From an uncultured Dehalococcoidia bacterium (lineage in GTDB: Bacteria; Chloroflexota; Dehalococcoidia; Lucifugimonadales; UBA3495): 34,801 nt of DNA. Of this stretch, positions 7,811-16,386 are shown one piece after another. The DNA lies in contig CAYOAF010000133.1 of the NCBI GenBank assembly GCA_964401855.1, positions 1-34,801 of the forward strand. The letters run 5' to 3'. The position numbers and the translations under genes are program-made. Under the pieces are notes generated by a model. That model did no database searches and was not told the DNA's origin. It worked only from the letters and a program-made list of their open reading frames with translations. Each line of letters begins with the position of its first letter. The first letter of the stretch is position 1.

Positions 7811-8257
7811 GCTGCCCCTGTATTTATCAGCCTGCGGCCGGGTCGGGCACGGCGGAATCCAAGCTGTCGCCCGGTGGGAGCCAACGATCGAACGGATACC
7901 GGGGGAGGCGGCCAAGAACACTTCGCCGAATACGGCCAACCCCCTTCACATTCCCTGAAGCGCCACGGGCGGCCTTGTTGCGGCAACCCCATGATCGATC
8001 CTGGACCGTCCTGAGTCGATGGGGGCCTCCGGAACCTGCACGGCGATTGCACAGAAACCGGTCCGCGCGTTACCATAGGCGCGGCGGCCCGGCTGAAACA
8101 GTCCTGAAATTTGCTGGCGATCCGGTCTCTGCGTCACCGGGGAAATGATACCACGGCCGGACCGGCATGGCACCTGTTCGTCAGCTTCGAGAGTGGGACC
8201 GGCCGGGCCGGGTTTCTTGAAACCGAGCCGCAAAGGGTTGGCGCAAGACCGATCGAC

Positions 8258-9475
8258 ATGTCCCAGTTTTCCTTCCGGGTCGAGCATAACCAGGGCGGGG
8301 CCCGCGTGGGGGAGGTCCACACTCCCCATGGGCCCCTGGCCACTCCGGCCTTCATGCCGGTGGGAACTCAGGCTGCCGTGAAGGCCCTGTCCCCCGAGGA
8401 AGTGACGGCAGTAGGGGTCGAGATGTTGCTTTGCAACGCGTACCACCTGTACCTGCGTCCCGGCGTGGAGACGGTGCATCGCCTGGGTGGCGTTCACCGG
8501 TTCATGGGCTGGAGCGGGCCGGTCCTCACCGACAGCGGAGGCTTCCAGGTATTCAGCATGGGGGCATTGCGCCGGGTGGACGACGATGGCGTCCTTTTCC
8601 GGTCTCACCTGGACGGCAGGGAGCATTTCTTCAGCCCGGAGCTGGCCACGGCCAATCAGGCCCGGCTGGGCGCCGACATCATCATGTGCCTGGACCAGTG
8701 CATTGCTTACGGCGCCGGTAAGGAGGAAGTGCGGCAGGCCATGGAGCGGACCCACCGGTGGGCCGAGAGCTGCTACCGGCGCCATTCCGCCTCCGAGACC
8801 TCAGGCTCACAAGCCCTCTTCGGCATCGTCCAGGGGGGCGTCTTTGAAGACCTGCGGAAAGAGTCGGCCCGGCATATCACCAGCATTCCCTTCCAGGGCT
8901 ATGCCATCGGTGGCCTTGCCGTGGGCGAGTCCAAGGCCCAGATGTACGAGACCACCCGGCAGGTGACCGCCCTCCTGCCGAAAGATAGACCGCGCTACCT
9001 GATGGGAGTTGGCTCGCCGGAGGACCTGGTGGAGTGTGCGGCCTGGGGTGTGGACCTGTTTGACTGTGTGTTGCCCACGCGGGTGGCCCGCCATGGGGCC
9101 CTGTTTACCAAGCATGGAAGGTTGGACATCACCAAGCAACGGTTCGTGGACCAATCCGGGCCGGTGGACCCGGATTGCGATTGCTACGCCTGCCGGAACT
9201 TTTCGGCCGCCTATCTTTGCCACCTGTTCCGGTCCAAGGAGCTGCTGGGGCCCAGGCTGGCCAGCATACATAACCTGCGGTTCATCATGCGGCTGATGGC
9301 GGACCTACGGCGGTCCATCGTTGAGGGCCGGTTCGAGGTGTTTCGCCGGGAGTTCAGCGAAACCTACCGCCCGACCGACGAGGCGGCCCGGCGGGAGCAG
9401 AAAGCCAGGTGGCTCGAAGCCCGGGGAGGGGAGGCTAGGCGAGGGAGCCGCCGGCCACCGCGGGAACGATGCTGA
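8258..9475 (+). CDS. tgt: tRNA-guanine(34) transglycosylase (queuine tRNA-ribosyltransferase)
   Basis: Motifs TPAFMPVGT, NAYHL, TDSGGFQ, GIVQGG, PRYLMGVG, DCVLPTR and the Zn site CDCYAC...H. Start at ATG 8258. Confidence 0.97.
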   Translation: MSQFSFRVEHNQGGARVGEVHTPHGPLATPAFMPVGTQAAVKALSPEEVTAVGVEMLLCNAYHLYLRPGVETVHRLGGVHRFMGWSGPVLTDSGGFQVFSMGALRRVDDDGVLFRSHLDGREHFFSPELATANQARLGADIIMCLDQCIAYGAGKEEVRQAMERTHRWAESCYRRHSASETSGSQALFGIVQGGVFEDLRKESARHITSIPFQGYAIGGLAVGESKAQMYETTRQVTALLPKDRPRYLMGVGSPEDLVECAAWGVDLFDCVLPTRVARHGALFTKHGRLDITKQRFVDQSGPVDPDCDCYACRNFSAAYLCHLFRSKELLGPRLASIHNLRFIMRLMADLRRSIVEGRFEVFRREFSETYRPTDEAARREQKARWLEARGGEARRGSRRPPRERC

Positions 9476-9719
9476 CCTCGTCCCCTGCATTGACCGGGGT
9501 GTTCAGTCCCTCGAGGAAGCGGACATCCTCTCCGTTGAGGTAGAGGTTGACGAAGTAGCGGAGTTCCCCGTTCTCGTCCAGCAGTCGCTCCTTCAAGCCC
9601 GGAAACGATGCATCCAGATTGTCCACCATCTCACCCATGGTGGCCGACTCCAATTCCACTTGGGCCTGGCCGTTGGTTATGCGCCGCAGAGGCGTGGGAA
9701 TGCGAACCAAGACGCTCAT
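9435..9719 (-). CDS. MoaD/ThiS/CysO-family sulfur carrier protein with residues after the Gly-Gly (AGG-SLA)
   Basis: VRIPTPLR...FVNLYLNGEDVRFLEGLNTPV..GDEVSIVPAVAGG is a classic ubiquitin-like sulfur carrier. Confidence 0.93.
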   Translation of the reverse strand: MSVLVRIPTPLRRITNGQAQVELESATMGEMVDNLDASFPGLKERLLDENGELRYFVNLYLNGEDVRFLEGLNTPVNAGDEVSIVPAVAGGSLA

Positions 9720-9778
9720 CTGAGGAAGTCCTCCTCGTCCTAGACCCGCAGCGGCCCCAGGCCCTTTGCGGGGTCAGG

Positions 9779-10021
9779 TTAACCTTCTATTACGTCTCCG
9801 CCTAGCGGGTCAACGCGCACGCCGGTGGAACCCACCCATTGCAGGCCCCGTTCTATCTCCGAATCCTCCCCATCCAACTCCAGCACGACCCAACCCATTT
9901 CCTCCCGTACGTCGGCACGGCGGATATTGGTGACCAAGTTGAAGTCGTGGCCCAGCCGGTAAATCACGGGCTCCGTGACCAGGGCCGTGGGGAAGGTGAA
10001 CCTGACCCGCTGCTTGCTCAT
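9779..10021 (-). CDS. Stand-alone NIL-domain protein
   Basis: RFTFP....EPVIY.L...FNLVTNIRRADV....GWVVLELDG. The start overlaps the thrC stop (TGATG). Confidence 0.88.
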   Translation of the reverse strand: MSKQRVRFTFPTALVTEPVIYRLGHDFNLVTNIRRADVREEMGWVVLELDGEDSEIERGLQWVGSTGVRVDPLGGDVIEG

Positions 10022-11319
10022 CACCCAACTCCTACCTCATGGGATTCCCGGCCCTTGAGGGCGGCTTCGAAGGAGGTCATCGTCGGCTTTATTGACAGGG
10101 GGTTGACCACGCCCTCGACCGCCTCCTGGGTTTTCAGCCCGTTGCCGGTGATGTACACCACGGTAAGCTCATCGGGTTTGATGGCGCCACGCTCGGCCAG
10201 GTGCTTCAGGCCGCTGATCACCACTCCTCCGGCCGTTTCGGTGAAGATGCCTTCGGTTTCCGCCAGCAGCTTGATCCCGTTCACGACCTCCGGCTCCGGC
10301 ACGGCATAAGCGGTCCCATTGGAGGACTCGATCACGCGAAGGGAGTAGATTCCGTCGGCGGGATTGCCGATGGCCAGGGACTTGGCGATACTGTCGGGCC
10401 GCACCGGAAGGACGTGCGGCTGGCCGTTTGCCCAGGCGGTGGCTATGGGGGAGCAGCCCGCGGCCTGAGTCATGTGCATCCTGGTGGTCACCGCTGGGTG
10501 GTGCACTGTGCTCTGGTCCGGACCGAAGGAGGACGGGTCCACTCCGTCCAGCAGCCCCAGGCAGGCCAGCTCGTTGAAGCCCTTCCATATCTTGGTGAAC
10601 ATGGCCCCCGAGGCCGCGGGCACCACAACGTGGTCGGGAAGCCGCCAGCCTAGCTGCTCCGCCACCTCATAACCCAGGGTCTTGCTGCCTTCGGCGTAAT
10701 AGGGGCGCATGTTGATATTCACGAAGGCCCAGGGGTAGTTGTCAGCCACCTCGCTGCACAGGCGGTTCACTTCGTCGTAGGTGCCTGCCACCGATACCAG
10801 GGTAGGCCCGTAGACCGCGGCGCCGATAATTTTCCCCCTCTCCAGGTCGGAGGGAATGAACACCACGGCGCGGATGGCGGCGCGGGCCGCATGGGCCGCC
10901 ACGCTGCAGGCCAGGTTGCCGGTGGAGGCGCAGGCCAGGGTATCGAACCCGAACTCCATCGCCTTGGTGGCGGCGACCGACACCACCCGGTCCTTGAAAG
11001 AGAAAGAGGGGTTGACGCTGTCATTCTTGATGTAGAGGTTGCGCAGCCCCAGCTGTTTGCCCAGGTTGCCCGCCTTCATCAGCGGGGTGAACCCGGCCAT
11101 AATGTCCACGCGGTTTTCGCTGTTGGCCGGGAGCAGGTCCTGGTAGCGCCAGATGCTTATCGGGCCCCGGGCGATACTCTCGGGGCTGATCACTTCTGCG
11201 ATGGCGGGATAGTCGTAAACAACCTCCAGGGGTCCAAAGCAGAAATCACATACGTTCAGGGCTTCGGCAGGGTATTCCCGTCCGCACTCCCGGCACTTCA
11301 AACCACTTACGAATGCCAC
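10021..11319 (-). CDS. thrC: Threonine synthase-like PLP enzyme (MoaD-associated type, N-terminal Zn ribbon)
   Basis: CRECG...CDFC, NPSFSFKDR (PLP Lys), ASTGN, EGSKT and ITGNGLK. GTG start at 11319 after GGAGG. Confidence 0.9.
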   Translation of the reverse strand: MAFVSGLKCRECGREYPAEALNVCDFCFGPLEVVYDYPAIAEVISPESIARGPISIWRYQDLLPANSENRVDIMAGFTPLMKAGNLGKQLGLRNLYIKNDSVNPSFSFKDRVVSVAATKAMEFGFDTLACASTGNLACSVAAHAARAAIRAVVFIPSDLERGKIIGAAVYGPTLVSVAGTYDEVNRLCSEVADNYPWAFVNINMRPYYAEGSKTLGYEVAEQLGWRLPDHVVVPAASGAMFTKIWKGFNELACLGLLDGVDPSSFGPDQSTVHHPAVTTRMHMTQAAGCSPIATAWANGQPHVLPVRPDSIAKSLAIGNPADGIYSLRVIESSNGTAYAVPEPEVVNGIKLLAETEGIFTETAGGVVISGLKHLAERGAIKPDELTVVYITGNGLKTQEAVEGVVNPLSIKPTMTSFEAALKGRESHEVGVG

Positions 11320-11343
11320 TGCCTTTTTGCCTCCAATTAACGC

Positions 11344-11378
11344 AAAACAAAGACCGCCACCCCTCGCAGGTAGCGGCC
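11344..11378 (-). terminator. Intrinsic terminator-like hairpin in the thrC leader (attenuator candidate)
   Basis: GGCCGCTACC-TGCGAGG-GGTGGCGGTC followed by TTTGTTTT, located between the promoter and the RBS. Confidence 0.65.
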
Positions 11379-11404
11379 TGGGTGCGATTGCCTGGGCATG
11401 ATTG

Positions 11405-11433
11405 ATGTTATCAAAGGCCCTATGGGTTGTCAA
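11405..11433 (-). promoter_or_regulatory. sigma70 promoter of the thrC-NIL-moaD operon
   Basis: TTGACA (11433-11428), 17 nt, then TAACAT (11410-11405). Confidence 0.75.
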
Positions 11434-11475
11434 GCTGGCCGGGTTTGGGTAGTGGTTAATTTAATACGGGCCTGG

Positions 11476-11484
11476 TGATATAAT
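11476..11484 (+). promoter_or_regulatory. Extended -10 promoter for nhaA
   Basis: TGaTATAAT in an AT-rich divergent intergenic region. Confidence 0.65.
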
Positions 11485-11600
11485 TCCACGGCATTCTATT
11501 TGCTGAAACAAGCCCCTCGCGGGGACCCGCCGCTTCCGGTATCCAGATGGCTGCGGATGACCCACCGGCATTTACACCGCCACGGACTCACGGAGGAGCC

Positions 11601-12866
11601 TTGTACCAGGCGCGGCAGCTGATTCATGTGCTGCAAGAGTACTCCATCCCCCTTGTCATGGGCGTCGTCGCCGGTCTGGCCGTGGCCAACATCGACCATC
11701 ACTTTTATGAAAAGCTGGTGGACTACCGTATTTTCGGCTTCGGCACCGAGGTGTTTGGCCGCCCGGTAACCGTCCACTTCCTCATCAACGAGGTATTCAT
11801 GGTCTTCTTCTTTGGCATCGCCGCCAAGGAGATCACCGAGTCTGTCATCCCGGGAGGGGCCCTCAACCCGATTCCCAGGGCGATCAATCCGCTGATGGGC
11901 ACCCTGGGCGGCGTGCTGGGGCCGGCCGGCCTCTACCTCCTGCTCACCTGGGTGTTCTACGGGGGGACCGACGACTTTTCGGTGGTGGCCAACGGCTGGG
12001 GGATCCCCGCAGCCACGGACATCGCCCTGGCCTGGCTGGTGGCCCGGCTGGCCTTTGGCAACGGACACCCGGCGGTCAACTTCCTGCTTTTGCTGGCGGT
12101 GGCCGACGACGCCATCGGCCTGGGAATCATCGCCGTTTTCTATCCCGACCCGGTAAACCCGGTGCAGCCGGCCTGGCTTCTGCTAACCGTGGCGGGTATG
12201 GTAACGGCCTATGGGTTCCGGCGCTCGAAAGTGAACGACTGGCCGGCATACATCTTCATCGCCGGAGGTCTGAGCTGGGCTGGCCTGGCCAAGTCCTCGA
12301 TTGAACCGGCCCTAGCCCTGGTGGTGATCGTGCCCTTCCTGCCCGGCCCGCAGAGGGACCCCGTCCCGGCCCTTGAAAAAGCCCATCCCGTCTCCGCGCC
12401 CCGCCGCCATGGGGCCGGCGCGAACCCGGCCACCCACCGGCCCAACGCCCTGGAGCAGTTCGAGCACCAGTTGAAACTCTTCGTGGACCTGGGCCTGTTC
12501 TTCTTCGCCTTCGCCAACGCCGGCGTGGCCTTCGGCAGCATCAACGCGGTGACTTTTATTGTCCTGGCGTCGCTGATCGCGGGCAAGACCATCGGCGTTT
12601 CATGCTTCTCCTGGGCCGCCGTCAAGCTCGGCTTTCCGCTGCCCGCCGGCATGGGGATGAGACACCTGGCCGTGGCGGGGCTGGTGGCCGGATTGGGGCT
12701 GACCGTGGCCCTCTTCGTGGCCGGCAAGGCGTTCACTGGACCGCCATTCCAAGACCCGGCCAAGATGGGGGCGGTGCTGAGCGCGAGCGTCGCCCTGCTG
12801 GCCCTCGTTGCCGCTGCGGTCCTGAAGGTCAAGGACGGTGCGGGCGGCAAGGCGAAACGGCCCTGA
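11601..12866 (+). CDS. nhaA: Na+/H+ antiporter NhaA
   Basis: INEVFMVFFF, GWGIPAATDIA, LAVADD, FANAGV and GKTIG. TTG start at 11601 after GGAGGAG. Confidence 0.93.
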   Translation: MYQARQLIHVLQEYSIPLVMGVVAGLAVANIDHHFYEKLVDYRIFGFGTEVFGRPVTVHFLINEVFMVFFFGIAAKEITESVIPGGALNPIPRAINPLMGTLGGVLGPAGLYLLLTWVFYGGTDDFSVVANGWGIPAATDIALAWLVARLAFGNGHPAVNFLLLLAVADDAIGLGIIAVFYPDPVNPVQPAWLLLTVAGMVTAYGFRRSKVNDWPAYIFIAGGLSWAGLAKSSIEPALALVVIVPFLPGPQRDPVPALEKAHPVSAPRRHGAGANPATHRPNALEQFEHQLKLFVDLGLFFFAFANAGVAFGSINAVTFIVLASLIAGKTIGVSCFSWAAVKLGFPLPAGMGMRHLAVAGLVAGLGLTVALFVAGKAFTGPPFQDPAKMGAVLSASVALLALVAAAVLKVKDGAGGKAKRP

Positions 12867-13061
12867 GGTGAGGGGCAGTATACTTCGACGCGTCAGCTGG
12901 CCAGCCCGGAACGGACGGTGGCCGTGGCCGGGTAGGCCTCAGGCACCGGACCGGGCTCACTCTACGGCCTCCGGAGAGTCCATCCTCATTGCCGCTCTAG
13001 GCTTTATGCAGGGCTTGGTCCCGGCTCAACTGTCTCATATGTAGTGGAAGAGTACACTCCG

Positions 13062-13090
13062 TTGATGGACCCTGGCTCGCCATGTACAAT
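13062..13090 (+). promoter_or_regulatory. Putative sigma70 promoter for the MFS gene
   Basis: TTGATG (13062-13067), 17 nt, then TACAAT (13085-13090). Confidence 0.55.
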
Positions 13091-13117
13091 GGGCCGGTTA
13101 AGCGCCGGAGAAGATAA

Positions 13118-14446
13118 TTGCTGAAGGTCAACTTGGGCCCGGCTGGGCTGGAGGTCGGGACCCATAGGATCCACCCCGCCTGGGGCATCGTCGCCATGGC
13201 ATCCGTCATGTGGACGACCTGCTCCTCAGTCCGCTTTGCCACCAGCTTGCTGGTCCCCTACCTGGAAGACCCCGACGGCGCCTACGGCTGGAACTACGGC
13301 CTCATAGGCTTTGGTTTCACCCTCCAATGGCTCCTGGCCGGGCTCTTGGGCCCCGTGGTGGGCTGGATGGGCGACCGGTATGGGTTTCGCCGGATCATGG
13401 CCGGGGGAGCAATTCTGTTCATCGTGGGCATGATGCTCACCGGCACCATGACCCACTGGTGGCACTTCTGGCTCTATTTCGGGGTCCTTCTGGCCGGCTC
13501 AATCGCGGCTTTTCAGGTTTCCATGGTGGCGGGTGTTTCGATCTGGTTCCAGAAACAACTGGGCCTGGCCATGGGAATGATGCAGGCCTTTCTGGGCCTG
13601 GGTACCGCGGCGGCCGCTGGCACGGTGTACTTGCTATACAACCAGTTTGGCCTCAGAGGGACTTTCTGGATCCCCGGCATAATCGGCGGGGCACTCCTGC
13701 TCCTGGGAACTCGGTACTTCCGCAACGAGCCCGCTTCCATCGGCCTGCGGCCGTTCGGCGCCAATGAAGACGATCCCATCCGTAAACCGATGGCCGCCGA
13801 GACGGCGAAGATAAGGACCAGGGTATTCCTGAAACAAGCCCAACAGACCTCCGCGTTCTGGAACCTCATCTGCATCCACTTCTGGGGGTGTGCGGGCCAC
13901 AACATCATCCTGGTATTCCTGATTGCCATGGTTGAAAAAGAGCTGTCCGTTGGGATGGGCCTCGCGATCTACGTTGCTCTCACCGTTGTCAGCGCCATCA
14001 CCCGGTTCGCTGCCCCGGTGGTGGCCGACCGCACGGGCAGCAAGGGCGCCATGGGCGTTTGTTTCGCCCTGCAAACCTTCCCCGTGCTTCTCCTGCTGGT
14101 GGCTCATGCCCCCTGGTCTTTCTTCCTCTTCGCCGTACTCTTTGGAATCGGACTGGGAGGCGAGATGACCGTCTTCCCCATCATTAACCGCCAATACTAC
14201 GGCGACGCCCCGACGGGTACCGCCTATGGCTGGCAGATGCTGGGGAGTGGCTTCGGCATGGCCCTGGGACCGCTGGCGGGGGGGCTCTTGTGGTATGCGA
14301 CTGATGAATACACCAGCTCCGTTGTTCTGTCCTTTGCCCTCAGCCTGATTGGCGTCATCTCCATCCTCCTTCTCCCGACCACGTCCCGCCACCAGTTACC
14401 CAACTGGGAGGAGGCGCTGCCGGCTGAGATGCGATCGCTGGGATAG
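13118..14446 (+). CDS. MFS transporter (OFA/MCT-like)
   Basis: About 12 hydrophobic helices, motif A GWMGDRYGFR, and the second-half equivalent VVADRTGSK. Confidence 0.93.
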   Translation: MLKVNLGPAGLEVGTHRIHPAWGIVAMASVMWTTCSSVRFATSLLVPYLEDPDGAYGWNYGLIGFGFTLQWLLAGLLGPVVGWMGDRYGFRRIMAGGAILFIVGMMLTGTMTHWWHFWLYFGVLLAGSIAAFQVSMVAGVSIWFQKQLGLAMGMMQAFLGLGTAAAAGTVYLLYNQFGLRGTFWIPGIIGGALLLLGTRYFRNEPASIGLRPFGANEDDPIRKPMAAETAKIRTRVFLKQAQQTSAFWNLICIHFWGCAGHNIILVFLIAMVEKELSVGMGLAIYVALTVVSAITRFAAPVVADRTGSKGAMGVCFALQTFPVLLLLVAHAPWSFFLFAVLFGIGLGGEMTVFPIINRQYYGDAPTGTAYGWQMLGSGFGMALGPLAGGLLWYATDEYTSSVVLSFALSLIGVISILLLPTTSRHQLPNWEEALPAEMRSLG

Positions 14447-14603
14447 CTCCGGGTTTTCGTCAGGGCCACCTTCGACAGAACGAGGCCTTGGCTCAAAAGT
14501 ACCTTGGAATATGTCACCCCGAGCGAGGCGTTGTGGAAAGCACACTGAAATGCCAAAGGGCCTCCGCCCATTCCGGCAACGAGGCCGGGCCACCGGAAAG
14601 ATG

Positions 14604-16178
14604 CTAGGTTGACGCCCGCCCCCGGCGGAGGGCCCGGCCGGGAAGGGCGCCGGTGTTCTCTCCCCGGTCGATCACCACCCGGCCGTTTACGATCACGTAC
14701 TCGATACCCACCGGGTAGTGCTTGGGGTCGCTCCTGGTGGCGTGGGTCTTCACCGTGCCGGGGTTGAATACGACGATGTCCGCTTTCAACCCGTCCCGCA
14801 GCAGGCCCCGGTCGGGCAGGCCCAGGCGTTGGGCCGGGAAAGAGGTCATTTTCCGGATGGCCTCGGGAAGCCGCAGGTGCTTCTCGGCGCGCACGAACTC
14901 AGCCAGCACGATGGGGAAGCACCCGTAGGTCCTGGGGTTGGGATATTCCCCGAAAAGGATGGAGTCGCTGGCTATCATGCCGCTGGGGTGGGACACGAAG
15001 GCCGCCAGGGTGTGCGCGTTGGTGCCCAGAGCGACTGTGGAGATACTCAGGTTCTCCTCCACCAATAGGTCGAATAGGGCATCCACCGGTTCCTGGCCCC
15101 GCATCTCGGCGATGTCGGTGAGCAGGCGTCCGTCATACTGGCTGTTTTGCGGCTGGGTGAAGTTGGTCAGCCAGTTGTTTTCCAGCCGCCCCCTGGAAAC
15201 CTCCCGCCTCATTCTGGCCCGATCGTCCGGGTCCCGCAGCGCCACCATCAGCCGTTCCGGGCCGCCGTCTTTGGCCCAGTGGGGCAGGCCGATGGTGACA
15301 GTGGTGCCGGAGTAGGGGTAGGTGTAGCAGTCGAAGGTCACGTCCATCCCTTCTTCTTGGGCGTTTTCCACCAGGCCCAGGTAGTCCAGGTGGCTCCCCA
15401 CTCCCTGGGCGCTCTGGCGGTAGTGGGTCAGGTGGATGGGGCAGCCGCTGCGACGGCCGATCTCCAGGGCCTCCTCCCACGGGGCCAGCAGCCCCTTGGA
15501 CCGCAGGCTGGCCCTGGTGTGGGTGTGGTAGAAGCCGCCTAGGGAGGCCGCCACCTGGGATAGGATCGCCAGCTCCTCGGTACCGGCATAGGAGCCCGGA
15601 GGGTAGTCGAGTCCGGTGGAAAGCCCCCAGGCCCCCTCCTCCATGGCTTCCCGTACCACAGACTTCATGTCCTCCATCTCCGCTTTATTCGCGGGACGGT
15701 CGTTCCAGCCGACCCCCCAGATGCGCACCGGAGAGTTGCCCAGGATGTAGGCCACGTTGATGGCGACGCTGTTGTCGTACTTGCCGAGAAGGCCGGCGAC
15801 GCTCAGCCAGTCGGCGGGCATGGGCGGGTAGCTGTTGAGGCCGGAGTCGAGCCAGATGTAGCGGTGCAGCTCCGCCTGGTTCTTGAACGGGGCATGGGAG
15901 ATGCCGTCGACGCCCACCAGCTCGGTGGTGACCCCCTGGCGCACCTTGGGGTCATGGTGGGGAGCGCCTAGGATGGTAAGGCCGGCATGGGAGTGGAGGT
16001 CAACGAAGCCGGGGCAGACCACGTGTCCCGTTGCGTCGATGATCCGCACCGCTTCCAGGTGGGAACAGTCCCCCCGATGGATGGTCACCCGCTCGTTTTC
16101 CACCAGCACGGCGGCGTGGAAACCCGGGCTTCCGCTGCCGTCGACCACCAGCCCGTTCTTGATTATCAAGTCCAGCAT
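14604..16178 (-). CDS. N-acyl-D-amino-acid deacylase (D-aminoacylase) family amidohydrolase
   Basis: PGFVDLHSH, QGVTTE, GLSTGLDYPPG, NPRTYGCFP and RGLLRDGLKADIVVF, with a strong RBS. Confidence 0.93.
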   Translation of the reverse strand: MLDLIIKNGLVVDGSGSPGFHAAVLVENERVTIHRGDCSHLEAVRIIDATGHVVCPGFVDLHSHAGLTILGAPHHDPKVRQGVTTELVGVDGISHAPFKNQAELHRYIWLDSGLNSYPPMPADWLSVAGLLGKYDNSVAINVAYILGNSPVRIWGVGWNDRPANKAEMEDMKSVVREAMEEGAWGLSTGLDYPPGSYAGTEELAILSQVAASLGGFYHTHTRASLRSKGLLAPWEEALEIGRRSGCPIHLTHYRQSAQGVGSHLDYLGLVENAQEEGMDVTFDCYTYPYSGTTVTIGLPHWAKDGGPERLMVALRDPDDRARMRREVSRGRLENNWLTNFTQPQNSQYDGRLLTDIAEMRGQEPVDALFDLLVEENLSISTVALGTNAHTLAAFVSHPSGMIASDSILFGEYPNPRTYGCFPIVLAEFVRAEKHLRLPEAIRKMTSFPAQRLGLPDRGLLRDGLKADIVVFNPGTVKTHATRSDPKHYPVGIEYVIVNGRVVIDRGENTGALPGRALRRGRAST

Positions 16179-16352
16179 GTCTCCCCTCCTGCTTTGCTGA
16201 AATCGCCATGGGCCGCCCTGCCGCTTCAGGGCTTGTACTTCTGCAAGGCATCACCTGCCCCCCAACGGCAATTTTCCTCATCTTCTGGGAAAGTGTTACC
16301 TATGTGCCCGGTTTTTCTGTTGCCAGTCTACCCGGTTTGTACCCCACCAGTT

Positions 16353-16377
16353 CCTTTCCCCTTGCGAAGGGGGAAGG
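16353..16377. repeat. Purine/pyrimidine hairpin (REP-like or terminator) just downstream of the lipoprotein gene
   Basis: CCTTTCCCCT-TGCGA-AGGGGGAAGG inverted repeat. Confidence 0.4.
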
Positions 16378-16386
16378 CCTGAAAGC

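Noticed and set aside
8258-9475. tgt as a DpdA-like DNA-modification (7-deazaguanine) system
   Set aside because: It has canonical bacterial tRNA TGT motifs throughout and no dpd or que neighbours.
14468-14527. CCTTCGACAG and TGTCACCCCGAGCGA fragments resembling the REP at 2457-2518
   Set aside because: Too degenerate, with no complete palindrome to call as a feature.
15895-15925. D-aminoacylase GVDG in place of the GNCG metal-ligand motif
   Set aside because: As far as I recall, Asp at this position is a common variant in the family, so it is not evidence of novelty.
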